Counted from the first letter of the stretch, positions 1 through 9,376 are shown. The stretch: 64,000 bases of DNA from an uncultured Lachnospiraceae bacterium (GCA_947571775.1 CANOZK010000006.1:80281-144280), one strand, 5' to 3'. Notes: generated by a model not told the origin, from the sequence alone. Numbers and translations: made by a program.

Positions 1-900
1 GCCATACTCGCCGCCGTCACCGCCTCTGCGGCGCAGTTCGTCGGCCTCTTCCCCAAAGATCTCAGAGACAAACGCCCCTGCACCCACGGCGCTGGAATAG
101 GCTTTTACCACGGTAATGATTTTCTTAATCTCATAAGGCGGTATACCCGCGCCGATGGCTCCGTAAGCGGCCAACGTGGAAGAGGAGGTTACCATCGGAT
201 AAATGCCGTGGTCGGGATCCTTTAAGGAGCCAAGCTGACCTTCCAGCAGGATTTCTTTTCCCTCTTGCAAAGCCTGGTACAGATACACGGATACGTCGCA
301 CACATAAGGCCCTACCATCTCCCGGTAAGACAGCAGTTCTTTGAAAATCTTCTCCGGGTCCAGCGCTGGTTTATGATAGAGATGCTCAATCAGCACATTC
401 TTTACTTCGCAGACCCGTTTTACTTTATCCAGCAGTGCGTCTTCGCTGCCGAACAATTCACTGACCTGGAAACCGATTTTCGCATATTTATCTGAATAAA
501 AGGGAGCAATACCGGACTTGGTGGAACCAAAGGATTTTCCCGCCAGCCGTTCTTCCTCATAGGCGTCCAACAAAATATGGTATGGCATCACAATCTGAGC
601 CCGGTCAGAGACAAGGATTTTCGGCTGGGGCACGCCCCGGTCTTCCAGCTCTTTGATTTCCTGAAACAGCACAGGAATATTCAAAGCCACGCCGTTTCCC
701 AAAATGCTGGTGGTATGGCCGTAAAAAACGCCAGAGGGCATCGTATGCAGGGCGAATTTCCCATAATCGTTGATGATGGTATGGCCCGCATTGGCTCCGC
801 CCTGGAACCGGACGATAATATCCGATTCCTTTGCCAGCATATCGGTAATCTTCCCTTTCCCTTCATCTCCCCAGTTTGCTCCCACAATCGCTTTAACCAT
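1..900 (-). CDS. purA: adenylosuccinate synthetase (C-terminal end cut by window edge)
   Basis: It is absent from the ORF track because it runs off the window. The reverse-strand ATG at 898-900 translates to MVKAIVGANWGDEGKGKITDMLAKESDIIVRFQGGANAGHTIINDYGKFALHTMPSG... This carries the GDEGKGK P-loop and the GGxNAGHT motif of PurA. The frame stays open to base 1. Confidence 0.9.
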   Translation of the reverse strand, partial: MVKAIVGANWGDEGKGKITDMLAKESDIIVRFQGGANAGHTIINDYGKFALHTMPSGVFYGHTTSILGNGVALNIPVLFQEIKELEDRGVPQPKILVSDRAQIVMPYHILLDAYEEERLAGKSFGSTKSGIAPFYSDKYAKIGFQVSELFGSEDALLDKVKRVCEVKNVLIEHLYHKPALDPEKIFKELLSYREMVGPYVCDVSVYLYQALQEGKEILLEGQLGSLKDPDHGIYPMVTSSSTLAAYGAIGAGIPPYEIKKIITVVKAYSSAVGAGAFVSEIFGEEADELRRRGGDGGEYG

Positions 901-965
901 TTGACAGTACCTCCCATATCTCTCATATTTGTATCATTTGGAAAATATTTTCATGCCACTGGTTT

Positions 966-994
966 ATTATAGTATATCGAAACCGGATTTTCAA
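966..994 (-). promoter_or_regulatory. candidate sigma-A promoter of purA
   Basis: The minus strand reads TTGAAA (989-994), 17 nt, TATAAT (966-971), about 65 nt upstream of the purA ATG. This is a sequence match only. Confidence 0.4.
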
Positions 995-1088
995 CGATTA
1001 CTTTCGCGTGTGTCTGAATTATTGCCGGGCCGCCGACACGCCCTGTTTTACAGTATACCAAAGGCGTTCTGGGCTTTTGATCGGCACG

Positions 1089-3047
1089 TCACCACGACCC
1101 GCCTCCTCCGCCGCCGAAGCCTCCGCCAGAGAATCCACCGCCTCCTCCGCCAGAAAAACCGCCCCCGCCAAATCCCGATCCGCCGGACGTTTTCGGCGGC
1201 TCTGGAACAGCCAAGGCTTGGGAGGCCGTATCCATGCTGTGCATTAAGCTGCGGTGAAATACATAGTAATCAAAATAGTTACCCCGGACAGGGCCGGTAT
1301 ACCATTGGGGAGGTTCCAAAGCCAGCCCCTTGAGTTTGCGTGCAAACACATCCGACAGACCCATCACATACGCATAGGGAAGAATATGATAGAACAACTG
1401 AGGGCTTTCCTCTGCCAGAGCCCGCAACCGATCCAGTTCCGCAGTTTCGATAAACTCCCGCAATCCCAGCAGCTTTCCCATCCATTCTACACAGACATGC
1501 GTCCGTTTGCGCATAAAAACGGTCAGCAGAATCATTGCCACGGACGCCGCACACACAACTGCGTACAAAACCGTGAAGTCAAACACTTCCCCTTGCCGCA
1601 CCCGCTGCAAATAACCGCCTCCATAGCCGGCCAGGCCAATGACAACCATCGTTGCCGCCGACAGCGCGGTCAGCCAGCGTTTGGATACGGCCTTGCTGTG
1701 CCAGGTATCCACAACATAACAATTTGTCCAGACTCCTGCCAGAACAAGGGCCAGACAAACCAGATTCAGCACCCACTGCATACTCATATAGGAAGTCATT
1801 CCGATGAACACAACAAAGCTTCCAAAAGGAATCACACATAACAGACCCGCCAGCGCTCTGGCCCAGCGGGAGCTTTTAGTATACAGAGCCGTTGGCCCCT
1901 GAAAACACAGTTTCACCTGCTCTTTTGCCACATTTAAAGTCTTATAAAATTTGCCGCTGACATCTTTTAATTTGCACACATCGCCGTCCCGGAACAGCCG
2001 TTGAAACATGGTTTGGGCATAGGCGGGCGCATCCGCAGGCAGAGGGCGCATCCGGTGAAAATACAATTTTCCCTTTTTCGCCTCCTCAATGGTCAAATAG
2101 CCTTGATCCGCCCAGTAAAGGATCAAGGAAAGCATATCCCGGTCTTCCACAATTCCGTCCAGGATATATCCCACAGCGGCGCTGTCCAGCCCCTGCGGGG
2201 GCTGAAACTGGACAGAAGGGTAAATGGTTTCATCCCGTCCAAATGCCAGAAACAGCAGTGTCATCGCCGCAAGCCCTGCAAAAGTCAAAGCCAGAATGGC
2301 TATTCCCATCCCTTTTACCGAATGCATGCCTGTAAAATATCCTTCCGGCATGGAGGCAAAGAAGGTCATGCCCTCCCCAAGCTGCAAACTTTGATTCAGC
2401 GTCCCTTCCAGGGTATTCCCCGACCAGTGAAGCTCCATGATTTCTGCTCCGTCTTTTGCCTCGCCGTAAGAACCTCTATACAGCTTTAGATTCTCATGTG
2501 TAAAATCCTTGGGAAAAGCAATGGAAAAAGAGCTGCCCGCCGGGATGGGATTCTGCCACATACCGGGAAATACATTGTAATAGGCGTTGGAATACTCCCG
2601 ATTCTGAAACCATGGTGTAAACTGATAGCGAATCACATATTCCACAGAGCCGTATACCGTCTTATCCTCGCTGCCCAACTGGAAAACCGTACAGCCGTTT
2701 TCATGGGACACCTTTGCCGGGGCATTGGCCTCCAATAATTTGATTGTACCAAAATACGGAACTTTTTGCCGCTGTCCGGCTTCATCCATATATACGCTTG
2801 GCCCATATTGAGGAATATACCGGTAAATTCCATGCCGCCTTTCCAGCATATTGACCTGTATCCGTTCCTCCACTCGATAGGAGCCGTCCTTTAACACCTC
2901 TACCTGTGTGCTGTAATTTTCGGTCAGCATGGCAGAATCGTACACCGGATCCGAATCCGAACCCGACACGGATACAAGCAGACCGCCCCCAAAGAAACAA
3001 AGAACTGCAACTGCCACACAGACAAGGGCATAGACCCCTCTTTTCAT
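1089..3047 (-). CDS. DUF2207-type membrane protein with Gly-rich C-terminal tail
   Basis: 652 aa. It has an N-terminal hydrophobic anchor (VYALVCVAVAVLCFFGGGLL), a cluster of TM helices in the C-terminal third and the tail GGSGFGGGGFSGGGGGGFSGGGFGGGGGGSW. RBS GAGGGGGAAG. It lies directly downstream of a LemA gene, the usual LemA/DUF2207 pairing. The family name is from memory of that architecture. Confidence 0.75.
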   Translation of the reverse strand: MKRGVYALVCVAVAVLCFFGGGLLVSVSGSDSDPVYDSAMLTENYSTQVEVLKDGSYRVEERIQVNMLERRHGIYRYIPQYGPSVYMDEAGQRQKVPYFGTIKLLEANAPAKVSHENGCTVFQLGSEDKTVYGSVEYVIRYQFTPWFQNREYSNAYYNVFPGMWQNPIPAGSSFSIAFPKDFTHENLKLYRGSYGEAKDGAEIMELHWSGNTLEGTLNQSLQLGEGMTFFASMPEGYFTGMHSVKGMGIAILALTFAGLAAMTLLFLAFGRDETIYPSVQFQPPQGLDSAAVGYILDGIVEDRDMLSLILYWADQGYLTIEEAKKGKLYFHRMRPLPADAPAYAQTMFQRLFRDGDVCKLKDVSGKFYKTLNVAKEQVKLCFQGPTALYTKSSRWARALAGLLCVIPFGSFVVFIGMTSYMSMQWVLNLVCLALVLAGVWTNCYVVDTWHSKAVSKRWLTALSAATMVVIGLAGYGGGYLQRVRQGEVFDFTVLYAVVCAASVAMILLTVFMRKRTHVCVEWMGKLLGLREFIETAELDRLRALAEESPQLFYHILPYAYVMGLSDVFARKLKGLALEPPQWYTGPVRGNYFDYYVFHRSLMHSMDTASQALAVPEPPKTSGGSGFGGGGFSGGGGGGFSGGGFGGGGGGSW

Positions 3048-3059
3048 GACTTCCCCCTC

Positions 3060-3614
3060 TTAAAATGTCACCTTCACGTTGTCTCTCTCGTAAATTTCCT
3101 GTACTTCGTAGAGAGGTTTCCTATGAAAACCAAATAATCCCGCCAGCAGATTCCCAGGAAACATTTCTATTCGGGTATTGTATTTATTGATTACCCCGTT
3201 GTAATACCTTCTGGAACCCGCAATCTCTTCTTCAATACGGGAAAGCTGGTTCTGCAAAGCCAGAAAATTCTGGTCTGCTTTCAAGTTCGGATAGGATTCT
3301 GTGAGGGCAAATAAATTCTTTAACGTACTGTCCAATAAATTTTCGTTTTTGATGGTTTCTTCTGCGGAGCGGGAATTGACCGCCTGGTTTCTGGCCGCGA
3401 TTACCGCTTCCAGAGTCTCTCGCTCGTGCTTTGCATACCCTTTTACCGTTTCCACAAAATTCGGAATCAGATCGTATCTTTTTTTCAGCGAAACATCCAT
3501 AGCCGAAAAAGCTTCCTCTGTCTTATTGCGCAGACGCACAAAAGCGTTATACGTACCAATCAGCCAGCAGGCCAGCAGGATAATGACTGCTGCAACCACG
3601 ATTCCTATGATCAT
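3060..3614 (-). CDS. lemA: LemA family protein
   Basis: 184 aa with a single N-terminal TM (IIGIVVAAVIILLACWLIG) followed by TYNAFVRLRN...YPNLKADQNF..LQ.QL...E..I...RRYYN, which is typical of LemA. RBS GGGAGG. Confidence 0.85.
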   Translation of the reverse strand: MIIGIVVAAVIILLACWLIGTYNAFVRLRNKTEEAFSAMDVSLKKRYDLIPNFVETVKGYAKHERETLEAVIAARNQAVNSRSAEETIKNENLLDSTLKNLFALTESYPNLKADQNFLALQNQLSRIEEEIAGSRRYYNGVINKYNTRIEMFPGNLLAGLFGFHRKPLYEVQEIYERDNVKVTF

Positions 3615-3661
3615 CCAACATACCTCCCTGGAATATCTGTGTACTCTATGTTATACTTATG

Positions 3662-5095
3662 CTACACATGGATGTCCGCCGTCAAGCCCAAAGATTCCTG
3701 GTTCTCCTTTAACAGAAGATTTACCGTCTGCTCCAGGAATACATCCACCTGATGGGGAGCGCACCCTACATAACGGGCGGGATCCATCGTGTTTTGCAAC
3801 TCTTCCAGGGTCAGATTAAACGCCGGATCCGCAGCAATCAACTCCAGCAGATTGTTTTCTTTCCCCTCTGCTTTCACATGTTTTGCCGCTTCCATGGACA
3901 GTTCCCGGATACGCTCATGCAGTTCCTGCCGATCCCCGCCGGCCTTTACCGCATCCATCAAAATGTTTTCCGTTGCCATAAAAGGCAGCTCGGACATCAG
4001 CCGTTTTTGGATTACTTTCGGATAAACCACCAAGCCGTCCGCCACGTTCAGACACAAATCCAGAATGCCGTCCACAGCCAGAAAACCTTCTGGTATGCTC
4101 AAGCGTTTGTTGGCAGAATCATCCAGGGAGCGCTCAAACCACTGGACAGCCGAAGTAATGGCCGGATTTAGAGCATCCACCATCACATACCGCGACAGGG
4201 AGGCAATCCGCTCGCTGCGCATCGGGTTTCGCTTATAGGCCATGGCGGAGGAGCCTATCTGGTCTTTCTCAAACGGCTCTTCCACTTCTTTCAAATGCTG
4301 CAAAAGCCGAATATCATTTGAAAATTTATGGGCGCTTGCCGCAATTCCCGCCAAAATATTTGCCACGCGGGTATCCACTTTGCGGGAATAGGTTTGCCCG
4401 GATACTGGATAGCAGGCCGAAAATCCCATTTTTTCCGCAATCATAGCATCGACTTTGTCCACCAGATCCTGACGGCCCTCAAACAGTTCCAGAAAGCTGG
4501 CCTGGGTTCCTGTGGTTCCTTTCGAGCCCAACAGCTTCATCCCGTTCAGTACGTGATCCAGATCTTCCAGATCCAGCAGGAATTCCTGCATCCATAAGGT
4601 CGCCCGTTTGCCCACAGTCGTAGGCTGTGCCGGCTGAAAATGGGTAAACGCCAGCGTGGGCAGCTCTTTGTATTCCTTGGCAAATTCTGCCAATTTCGCC
4701 AGTACATTCAGCAGTTTTTTTCGAATTAGTTTCAAGGCTTCCGTCATCAAGATCAGATCGGTATTGTCCCCCACATAACAAGAGGTCGCGCCCAAATGAA
4801 TGATACCTTTTGCCTTAGGGCACTGGACGCCGTAAGCATACACATGGGACATCACGTCATGACGCACCTGGCGTTCCCGCTCCTTTGCCACCTCAAAATT
4901 GATGTCCTCTGCATGTGCCTTCAGCTCGTCGATCTGTTCTTGGGTGATAGGCAGGCCCAGTTCTTTTTCCGTCTCGGCCAAGGCAATCCAGAGCCTTCTC
5001 CAAGTCTTAAATTTCATGGAAGGGGAAAAGATATACTGCATCTCCCTGCTGGCATAACGTTCCGACAGGGGGCTTTGATAAATTTCTGTATTCAT
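3662..5095 (-). CDS. purB: adenylosuccinate lyase
   Basis: 477 aa. The N-terminus YQSPLSERYASREMQYIFSP..KF.TWR.LW.ALAE and the later GSSAMAYKRNP signature match the fumarase/ASL superfamily. RBS AAGGAGAG. Confidence 0.93.
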   Translation of the reverse strand: MNTEIYQSPLSERYASREMQYIFSPSMKFKTWRRLWIALAETEKELGLPITQEQIDELKAHAEDINFEVAKERERQVRHDVMSHVYAYGVQCPKAKGIIHLGATSCYVGDNTDLILMTEALKLIRKKLLNVLAKLAEFAKEYKELPTLAFTHFQPAQPTTVGKRATLWMQEFLLDLEDLDHVLNGMKLLGSKGTTGTQASFLELFEGRQDLVDKVDAMIAEKMGFSACYPVSGQTYSRKVDTRVANILAGIAASAHKFSNDIRLLQHLKEVEEPFEKDQIGSSAMAYKRNPMRSERIASLSRYVMVDALNPAITSAVQWFERSLDDSANKRLSIPEGFLAVDGILDLCLNVADGLVVYPKVIQKRLMSELPFMATENILMDAVKAGGDRQELHERIRELSMEAAKHVKAEGKENNLLELIAADPAFNLTLEELQNTMDPARYVGCAPHQVDVFLEQTVNLLLKENQESLGLTADIHV

Positions 5096-5109
5096 CCAGA
5101 CTCTCCTTT

Positions 5110-6579
5110 TTACTTTTCATACTCTCCCCGGATATCCTCCGACGGCGGATCCATCGGATATTCTCCGGTAAAACAACCATTGCAGATGGACAATCCAGGA
5201 GCCATCTGAGATAATCTATCCATCTTCAAATAAGCCAGACTGTCCGCCTCAATCATCTGGCAGATCTCTTCCACAGAACGGTTATAGGCAATCAACTGGT
5301 CTGAGGCAGGAATATCTGTGCCGAAATAACAGGGCCACAAAAAGGGCGGAGAGCTAACACGCATATGCACTTCACTGGCGCCCGCTTCCCGCAGCATACG
5401 GACAATCCGTTTGCTGGTCGTTCCGCGCACAATGGAATCGTCAATCATAATGACCCGTTTTCCCGCCACAGCTTCTTTTAATACACTGAGCTTTACCTGG
5501 ACGCTGGATTCTCGGCTGCTCTGCTTTGGTTTGATAAATGTTCTGCCCACATAGCTGTTTTTTACAAAGGCAATGCCGTAAGGAATCCCGGACTCCCTGG
5601 CATATCCCAAAGCCGCTGCAATCCCCGATTCGGGCACTCCCACCACTACGTCCGCCGAAACCGGGGAATCTGCTGCTAGAAAACAGCCTGCCCGCACCCT
5701 GGACGAATAGACATTCACGCCGTCCAGATTGCTGTCTGGCCGGGCAAAATAAATATACTCAAAAATGCACCGAGCCTGTTTTTTTTGCTCTATACACATG
5801 CGTTGGTCAGAAACGATTTCCCCGTCCCCAGTAATGGTGATAATCTCGCCCGGCTGCACATCTCGAATATACTCTGCCCCTACTGTGTGCAGGGCGCAGG
5901 ACTCCGAAGCAACGATATAGGCGTTATCCCTTTTTCCAATGCAAAGGGGTTTAAATCCATATGGATCTCTGGCGGCAACCAATTTCCGGGGCGACATGAC
6001 GATCAAGGCGTAGGAACCCTGGATTTTGCTCATCGCATTGGCAACTGCCTCCTCTACGGATTTTGTATGTACCCGCTCGCGGGCAATGTGATAGGCAATG
6101 ACCTCGGAATCAATGGTCGTCTGGAAAATGGCCCCTCCGTATTCCAGTTCCCGGCGCAGCTCATTGGCGTTGATCAGATTTCCGTTGTGCGCCACTCCTA
6201 AGGTTCCTTTGATATAATTGAGAACCAGGGGCTGGGCATTTTCCCGACTGCTGGCCCCTGCCGTGGAATAGCGCACATGACCGATGCCGATATCTCCATG
6301 AAGAGCTTCCAGGGAGTCTTCCGTAAATACCTCATTGACCAGGCCCATCCCTTTATGAGCGGATACATTTCTCTTGGAGCCTTTCGTATCGCTGACGGCA
6401 ATTCCGCAGCTTTCCTGCCCGCGGTGCTGCAAAGCAAACAAACCATAGTAAATAGAAGACGCCACATCTTGCCCGTCCAAATCATAAATCCCAAAGACTC
6501 CGCACTCTTCCTTTAGCTTGCTATCGTCCTCTGAGTGGTTGTATTTCTGCTTCTGTCCCTTAACCATGAAGTTTCTCAT
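5110..6579 (-). CDS. purF: amidophosphoribosyltransferase
   Basis: 489 aa. It has the Ntn-amidotransferase nucleophile CGVFGIY, a PRPP-binding loop VIMIDDSIVRGTT, and C-terminal Cys residues for the 4Fe-4S cluster (CYFG, CNGCFTGEYP). RBS AGGAGA. Confidence 0.93.
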   Translation of the reverse strand: MRNFMVKGQKQKYNHSEDDSKLKEECGVFGIYDLDGQDVASSIYYGLFALQHRGQESCGIAVSDTKGSKRNVSAHKGMGLVNEVFTEDSLEALHGDIGIGHVRYSTAGASSRENAQPLVLNYIKGTLGVAHNGNLINANELRRELEYGGAIFQTTIDSEVIAYHIARERVHTKSVEEAVANAMSKIQGSYALIVMSPRKLVAARDPYGFKPLCIGKRDNAYIVASESCALHTVGAEYIRDVQPGEIITITGDGEIVSDQRMCIEQKKQARCIFEYIYFARPDSNLDGVNVYSSRVRAGCFLAADSPVSADVVVGVPESGIAAALGYARESGIPYGIAFVKNSYVGRTFIKPKQSSRESSVQVKLSVLKEAVAGKRVIMIDDSIVRGTTSKRIVRMLREAGASEVHMRVSSPPFLWPCYFGTDIPASDQLIAYNRSVEEICQMIEADSLAYLKMDRLSQMAPGLSICNGCFTGEYPMDPPSEDIRGEYEK

Positions 6580-6592
6580 GAAATATTTTCTC

Positions 6593-7309
6593 CTAATGAA
6601 TTCCCAAGCGTTTAAAAACTTCCTCGTAGGCTTCTTCTACATTGCCCAGATCCCGGCGGAAACGGTCTTTATCCAATTTTTCGTTGGTCTTCACATCCCA
6701 CAGTCTGCAAGTATCGGGAGATACCTCGTCTGCCAGAATAATCTCCCCATGGAAGCGTCCGAATTCGATTTTGAAGTCTATGAGCTTTAATCCCAGAGAC
6801 AGGAAGTATTCCTTCATCACCTGATTGACTGTCCGCGTATAGCTTTTGATCTTGTCAATTTCCTCTTGGGTAGCCAGTCCCAGAGCCAGCGCGTAATCAT
6901 CGTTGATAAATGGATCCCCCAGATCGTCGTCTTTATAGCTGAATTCCAGAATCGGACACAAAAGCTCTCTGCCCTCTTCCACGCCCATACGTTTGGAAAA
7001 GCTTCCTGCCGCCACGTTGCGGACGATGACCTCAAGCGGAACGATTTCCACCTTCTTCACAGCCGTTTCGCGATCGCTCAGTTCTTCTACCAAATGGGTG
7101 GGAACTCCCTTCTCTGCAATCAAACGGAACACATGGTTCGTCATCCGGTTATTGATAGCTCCCTTTCCCACAATGGTTCCTTTTTTCTCCCCGTTAAAAG
7201 CAGTAGCATCGTCTTTATAATCTACGATAACTACATCTGGATCCTCTGTTGCAAATACTTTTTTTGCCTTTCCTTCGTACAACAATTGTTTTTTTTCCAT
7301 TTTTTCCAT
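6593..7309 (-). CDS. purC: phosphoribosylaminoimidazole-succinocarboxamide synthase
   Basis: 238 aa. The motifs [11 protein letters not shown]...DD.TAFNG.K and LADE.SPD.CRLWD are characteristic of SAICAR synthetase. Confidence 0.93.
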   Translation of the reverse strand: MEKMEKKQLLYEGKAKKVFATEDPDVVIVDYKDDATAFNGEKKGTIVGKGAINNRMTNHVFRLIAEKGVPTHLVEELSDRETAVKKVEIVPLEVIVRNVAAGSFSKRMGVEEGRELLCPILEFSYKDDDLGDPFINDDYALALGLATQEEIDKIKSYTRTVNQVMKEYFLSLGLKLIDFKIEFGRFHGEIILADEVSPDTCRLWDVKTNEKLDKDRFRRDLGNVEEAYEEVFKRLGIH

Positions 7310-7387
7310 CCTTTGTCTGTTAATTTTCTAAAGTGTGCTTGAAATGTCAGCTATGTGTCCCAAACACTCTAACTTCTGAACATAAAA

Positions 7388-7416
7388 ATTATATAGCATG
7401 ACTCAATAAATTACAA
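7388..7416 (-). promoter_or_regulatory. candidate sigma-A promoter of purC-purF-purB
   Basis: The minus strand reads TTGTAA (7411-7416), 17 nt, TATAAT (7388-7393), about 80 nt upstream of the purC ATG. Confidence 0.45.
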
Positions 7417-7733
7417 TAGAAAAACGCACAACAATTCATCTGCTTTGTATCCCATATTTATAAAAATATGCCATAAAAAAGTGAAAAAATGAAGAAATAC
7501 TTCTGTGAATCTGAGAAAGATATAGAAAAAAACAAGAATTAGAAGATAGAAAAATAGGTCTCCCTAGACTTGATATTAGGCAAGGCTATGCTGCGCAACG
7601 TAGCCCTGCCTAAATATAAGCCCTTGTAACACTTATACTACTGCATTACGTTTTGCCGAATTACTTTTCGCAAAAAGTACATATATGACATAAACATTTT
7701 AGAAAAAATAAGGGGAGAGAGAATAAGTTTAGA

Positions 7734-8297
7734 TTATTTTCTTATTTTTTTAGCTCCAGCAAATACGTTTGTATACTCATCTGCTTTTGAGATAACGTCT
7801 TTGTTGTAATCTGCTGTTGAAATACGTGCGCCGTTTTTGAAGAAACCAGTAGTTCTTGCTTCATAGGTGTTGTATTTCAGTAATTTGTTATCGCTCTTTC
7901 TGTAATCAACAGTTACAATTGTGCTGCCTTTTTTTGTAACAACACGCAGGCTTTTGCCCTTGCGAGTCATGCTTACACCGTTCTCTTTGATGTTCATAAT
8001 CTGAACGATTTCTTTTTTGTTTTTTCTGCGATAAGTATAAACTTTGTATGCTTCTTTACCATTTACGGTGTATTTAACGAACATTTCATTTACGCCGTCT
8101 TTATCCAGATCGTAGTAAGTAACTTTAGCATTTTTGTTTCCAATAGAATCATACAGATAATGACTTATGTAAGCCTGGTATGCTTCTTTTGGTTCCTTTA
8201 CTGCAGCCTTTACCTCTGCTGCCTGGAAACCAACGGAAACCTCAAGAACCATCATTAAAGCTGCTAATAAAAACGCTGTTTTCTTAAAAATTTTCAT
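7734..8297 (-). CDS. hypothetical secreted protein
   Basis: 187 aa. It has a signal-peptide-like N-terminus (MKIFKKTAFLLAALMMVLEVSVGFQAAEVKA), is Lys/Tyr-rich and contains a YYDLDKDGVNEMFV motif. RBS AAAGGAGA. The gene and its flanks are visibly more AT-rich than the neighbouring genes. Confidence 0.6.
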   Translation of the reverse strand: MKIFKKTAFLLAALMMVLEVSVGFQAAEVKAAVKEPKEAYQAYISHYLYDSIGNKNAKVTYYDLDKDGVNEMFVKYTVNGKEAYKVYTYRRKNKKEIVQIMNIKENGVSMTRKGKSLRVVTKKGSTIVTVDYRKSDNKLLKYNTYEARTTGFFKNGARISTADYNKDVISKADEYTNVFAGAKKIRK

Positions 8298-8380
8298 TTT
8301 AGAAAATCTCCTTTCATTTTCTTTCCTGCGCTTTGTTTTCTCTCTTTGTGTGGTGTGCTAAATAAATGAGTATTCATTTG

Positions 8381-8389
8381 CCCCCCCCC
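8381..8389. repeat. C9 (G9 on the minus strand) homopolymer tract
   Basis: Nine consecutive C are read directly in the sequence. The tract lies between the candidate promoter (8412-8440) and the RBS of the 187-aa secreted-protein gene, so it would be in that gene's 5' leader. Confidence 0.9.
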
Positions 8390-8411
8390 TTTTTATGTTC
8401 TGTCAAAATAT

Positions 8412-8440
8412 AGTTTATATCCATTTGTTGTATTTGTCAA
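8412..8440 (-). promoter_or_regulatory. candidate sigma-A promoter of the 187-aa secreted-protein gene
   Basis: The minus strand reads TTGACA (8435-8440), 17 nt, TAAACT (8412-8417). Confidence 0.45.
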
Positions 8441-8492
8441 GGTGTATTTCCTGTATTTACCAATTCTCAGACAACTTCAGAAAGCACTAAAC

Positions 8493-8532
8493 AGAAAAAG
8501 GGATACACTTTGCATTTGTATTACCCCCCCCC
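8493..8532 (-). terminator. candidate intrinsic terminator after the three-gene operon (includes the second G9 tract)
   Basis: The minus strand reads GGGGGGGGG-TA-ATACA-AATGCAAAG-TGTAT-CCC-TTTTTCTGTTT. GGG..ATACA pairs with TGTATCCC with a 2-nt bulge, and a T-run follows. It sits 50-90 nt after the stop of the 261-aa ORF. Confidence 0.45.
8524..8532. repeat. second C9 (G9 on the minus strand) homopolymer tract
   Basis: Nine consecutive C are read directly, 143 bp from the first tract. Confidence 0.9.
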
Positions 8533-8580
8533 ATATATACAATGCAATATATTGTATTTTTTCTTTGTTGGAAATACGAT

Positions 8581-9366
8581 TTAAGCCCCTGTGTTATGAT
8601 GATACTCCTTCGTCATCTGCCCTAGAAGCTCCTCTACGTTTTCTTCTTCTATATGGATATCGGTGCTGTTATAAAATTCGGAAATAGCGTCCTGGATTTC
8701 TTTCCTGGTCTGGTCGTCTACCTTCATCTCGTTCATCCTGCTCTCATATTCCACAGGGGTTTTGGCGTTGCTGTATGCCAGCAGATAATGCTTTAGGGAA
8801 TCCCTGGTATGCAGGCAGTCGTAGGCTTTCTCAAAGCACTCCAGCGCCTCCTCCTTCTGGAAAAGGCGGCTGTAAGCGCATCCCAAATTGTGATATACGC
8901 TCCCGGAAAACCGGGGCGAACCTGCGCGGCTGGACACCTGCTCCAAAACGGTGCGGTATACCCGGATCGCATTGACGTATTTGCGGTTTTCCATCAGGCA
9001 GTCCCCCTTTAGTTTTCCCCGCACAGGGACGGACTGCTTTTCCAAAGCAGAAATCTTGTTCCGATAGGAACGCAGTTCATCATGGGGCAGATAGTTGATG
9101 GAGCGCAGGATTTCACAGGCAAAATCCTCCAAAGGCACGCTCCCGTGCCCCAGCAAAATAGCCAGCCTCCTGGCCAGCTCTTTCATGCCCAGTTCCTGAC
9201 TGATCCATTTGCACAGCCCTGCATTCATCAGGCTGTCGTCCACCAGATACAAGTTCCGGTGCAGATAATAACACAACTCCTCAATGGAATAAATATTGGT
9301 GCCGATGCTCTGGATAAAATAAGGGGTTGCCGCCATTGGTGCTTTACATAAAATATAACCGCTCAT
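8581..9366 (-). CDS. hypothetical protein with a TPR-like C-terminal half (operon gene 3)
   Basis: 261 aa. RBS AGGAGG lies 6 nt before the ATG, and the ORF starts 10 nt after the stop of the upstream ORF. TPR-like spacing is seen in NRKYVNAIRVYRTVLEQ and VYHNLGCAYSRLFQKEEALECFEKAYD. There is no signal peptide or TM. Confidence 0.7.
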   Translation of the reverse strand: MSGYILCKAPMAATPYFIQSIGTNIYSIEELCYYLHRNLYLVDDSLMNAGLCKWISQELGMKELARRLAILLGHGSVPLEDFACEILRSINYLPHDELRSYRNKISALEKQSVPVRGKLKGDCLMENRKYVNAIRVYRTVLEQVSSRAGSPRFSGSVYHNLGCAYSRLFQKEEALECFEKAYDCLHTRDSLKHYLLAYSNAKTPVEYESRMNEMKVDDQTRKEIQDAISEFYNSTDIHIEEENVEELLGQMTKEYHHNTGA

Positions 9367-9376
9367 GAATACCTCC

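Noticed and set aside
7310-7420. An expected purine riboswitch upstream of purC
   Set aside because: I read the leader on the minus strand and could not find the conserved purine-aptamer core. Only a weak AGTGT...ACACT stem is present.
7576-7613. A 13-bp stem hairpin (TTAGGCAAGGCTA ... TAGCCCTGCCTAA, one mismatch) considered as a terminator of the 187-aa gene
   Set aside because: No U-run follows it on either strand, and it lies 120 nt past the stop. The structure is real but I cannot assign a function.
7651-7675. A PurBox-like imperfect palindrome, TTTTGCCGAA-TTAC-TTTTCGCAAAA
   Set aside because: It contains CCGAA but lies about 250 bp upstream of the candidate purC promoter, just downstream of the unrelated secreted-protein gene. 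The position does not fit a PurR operator.
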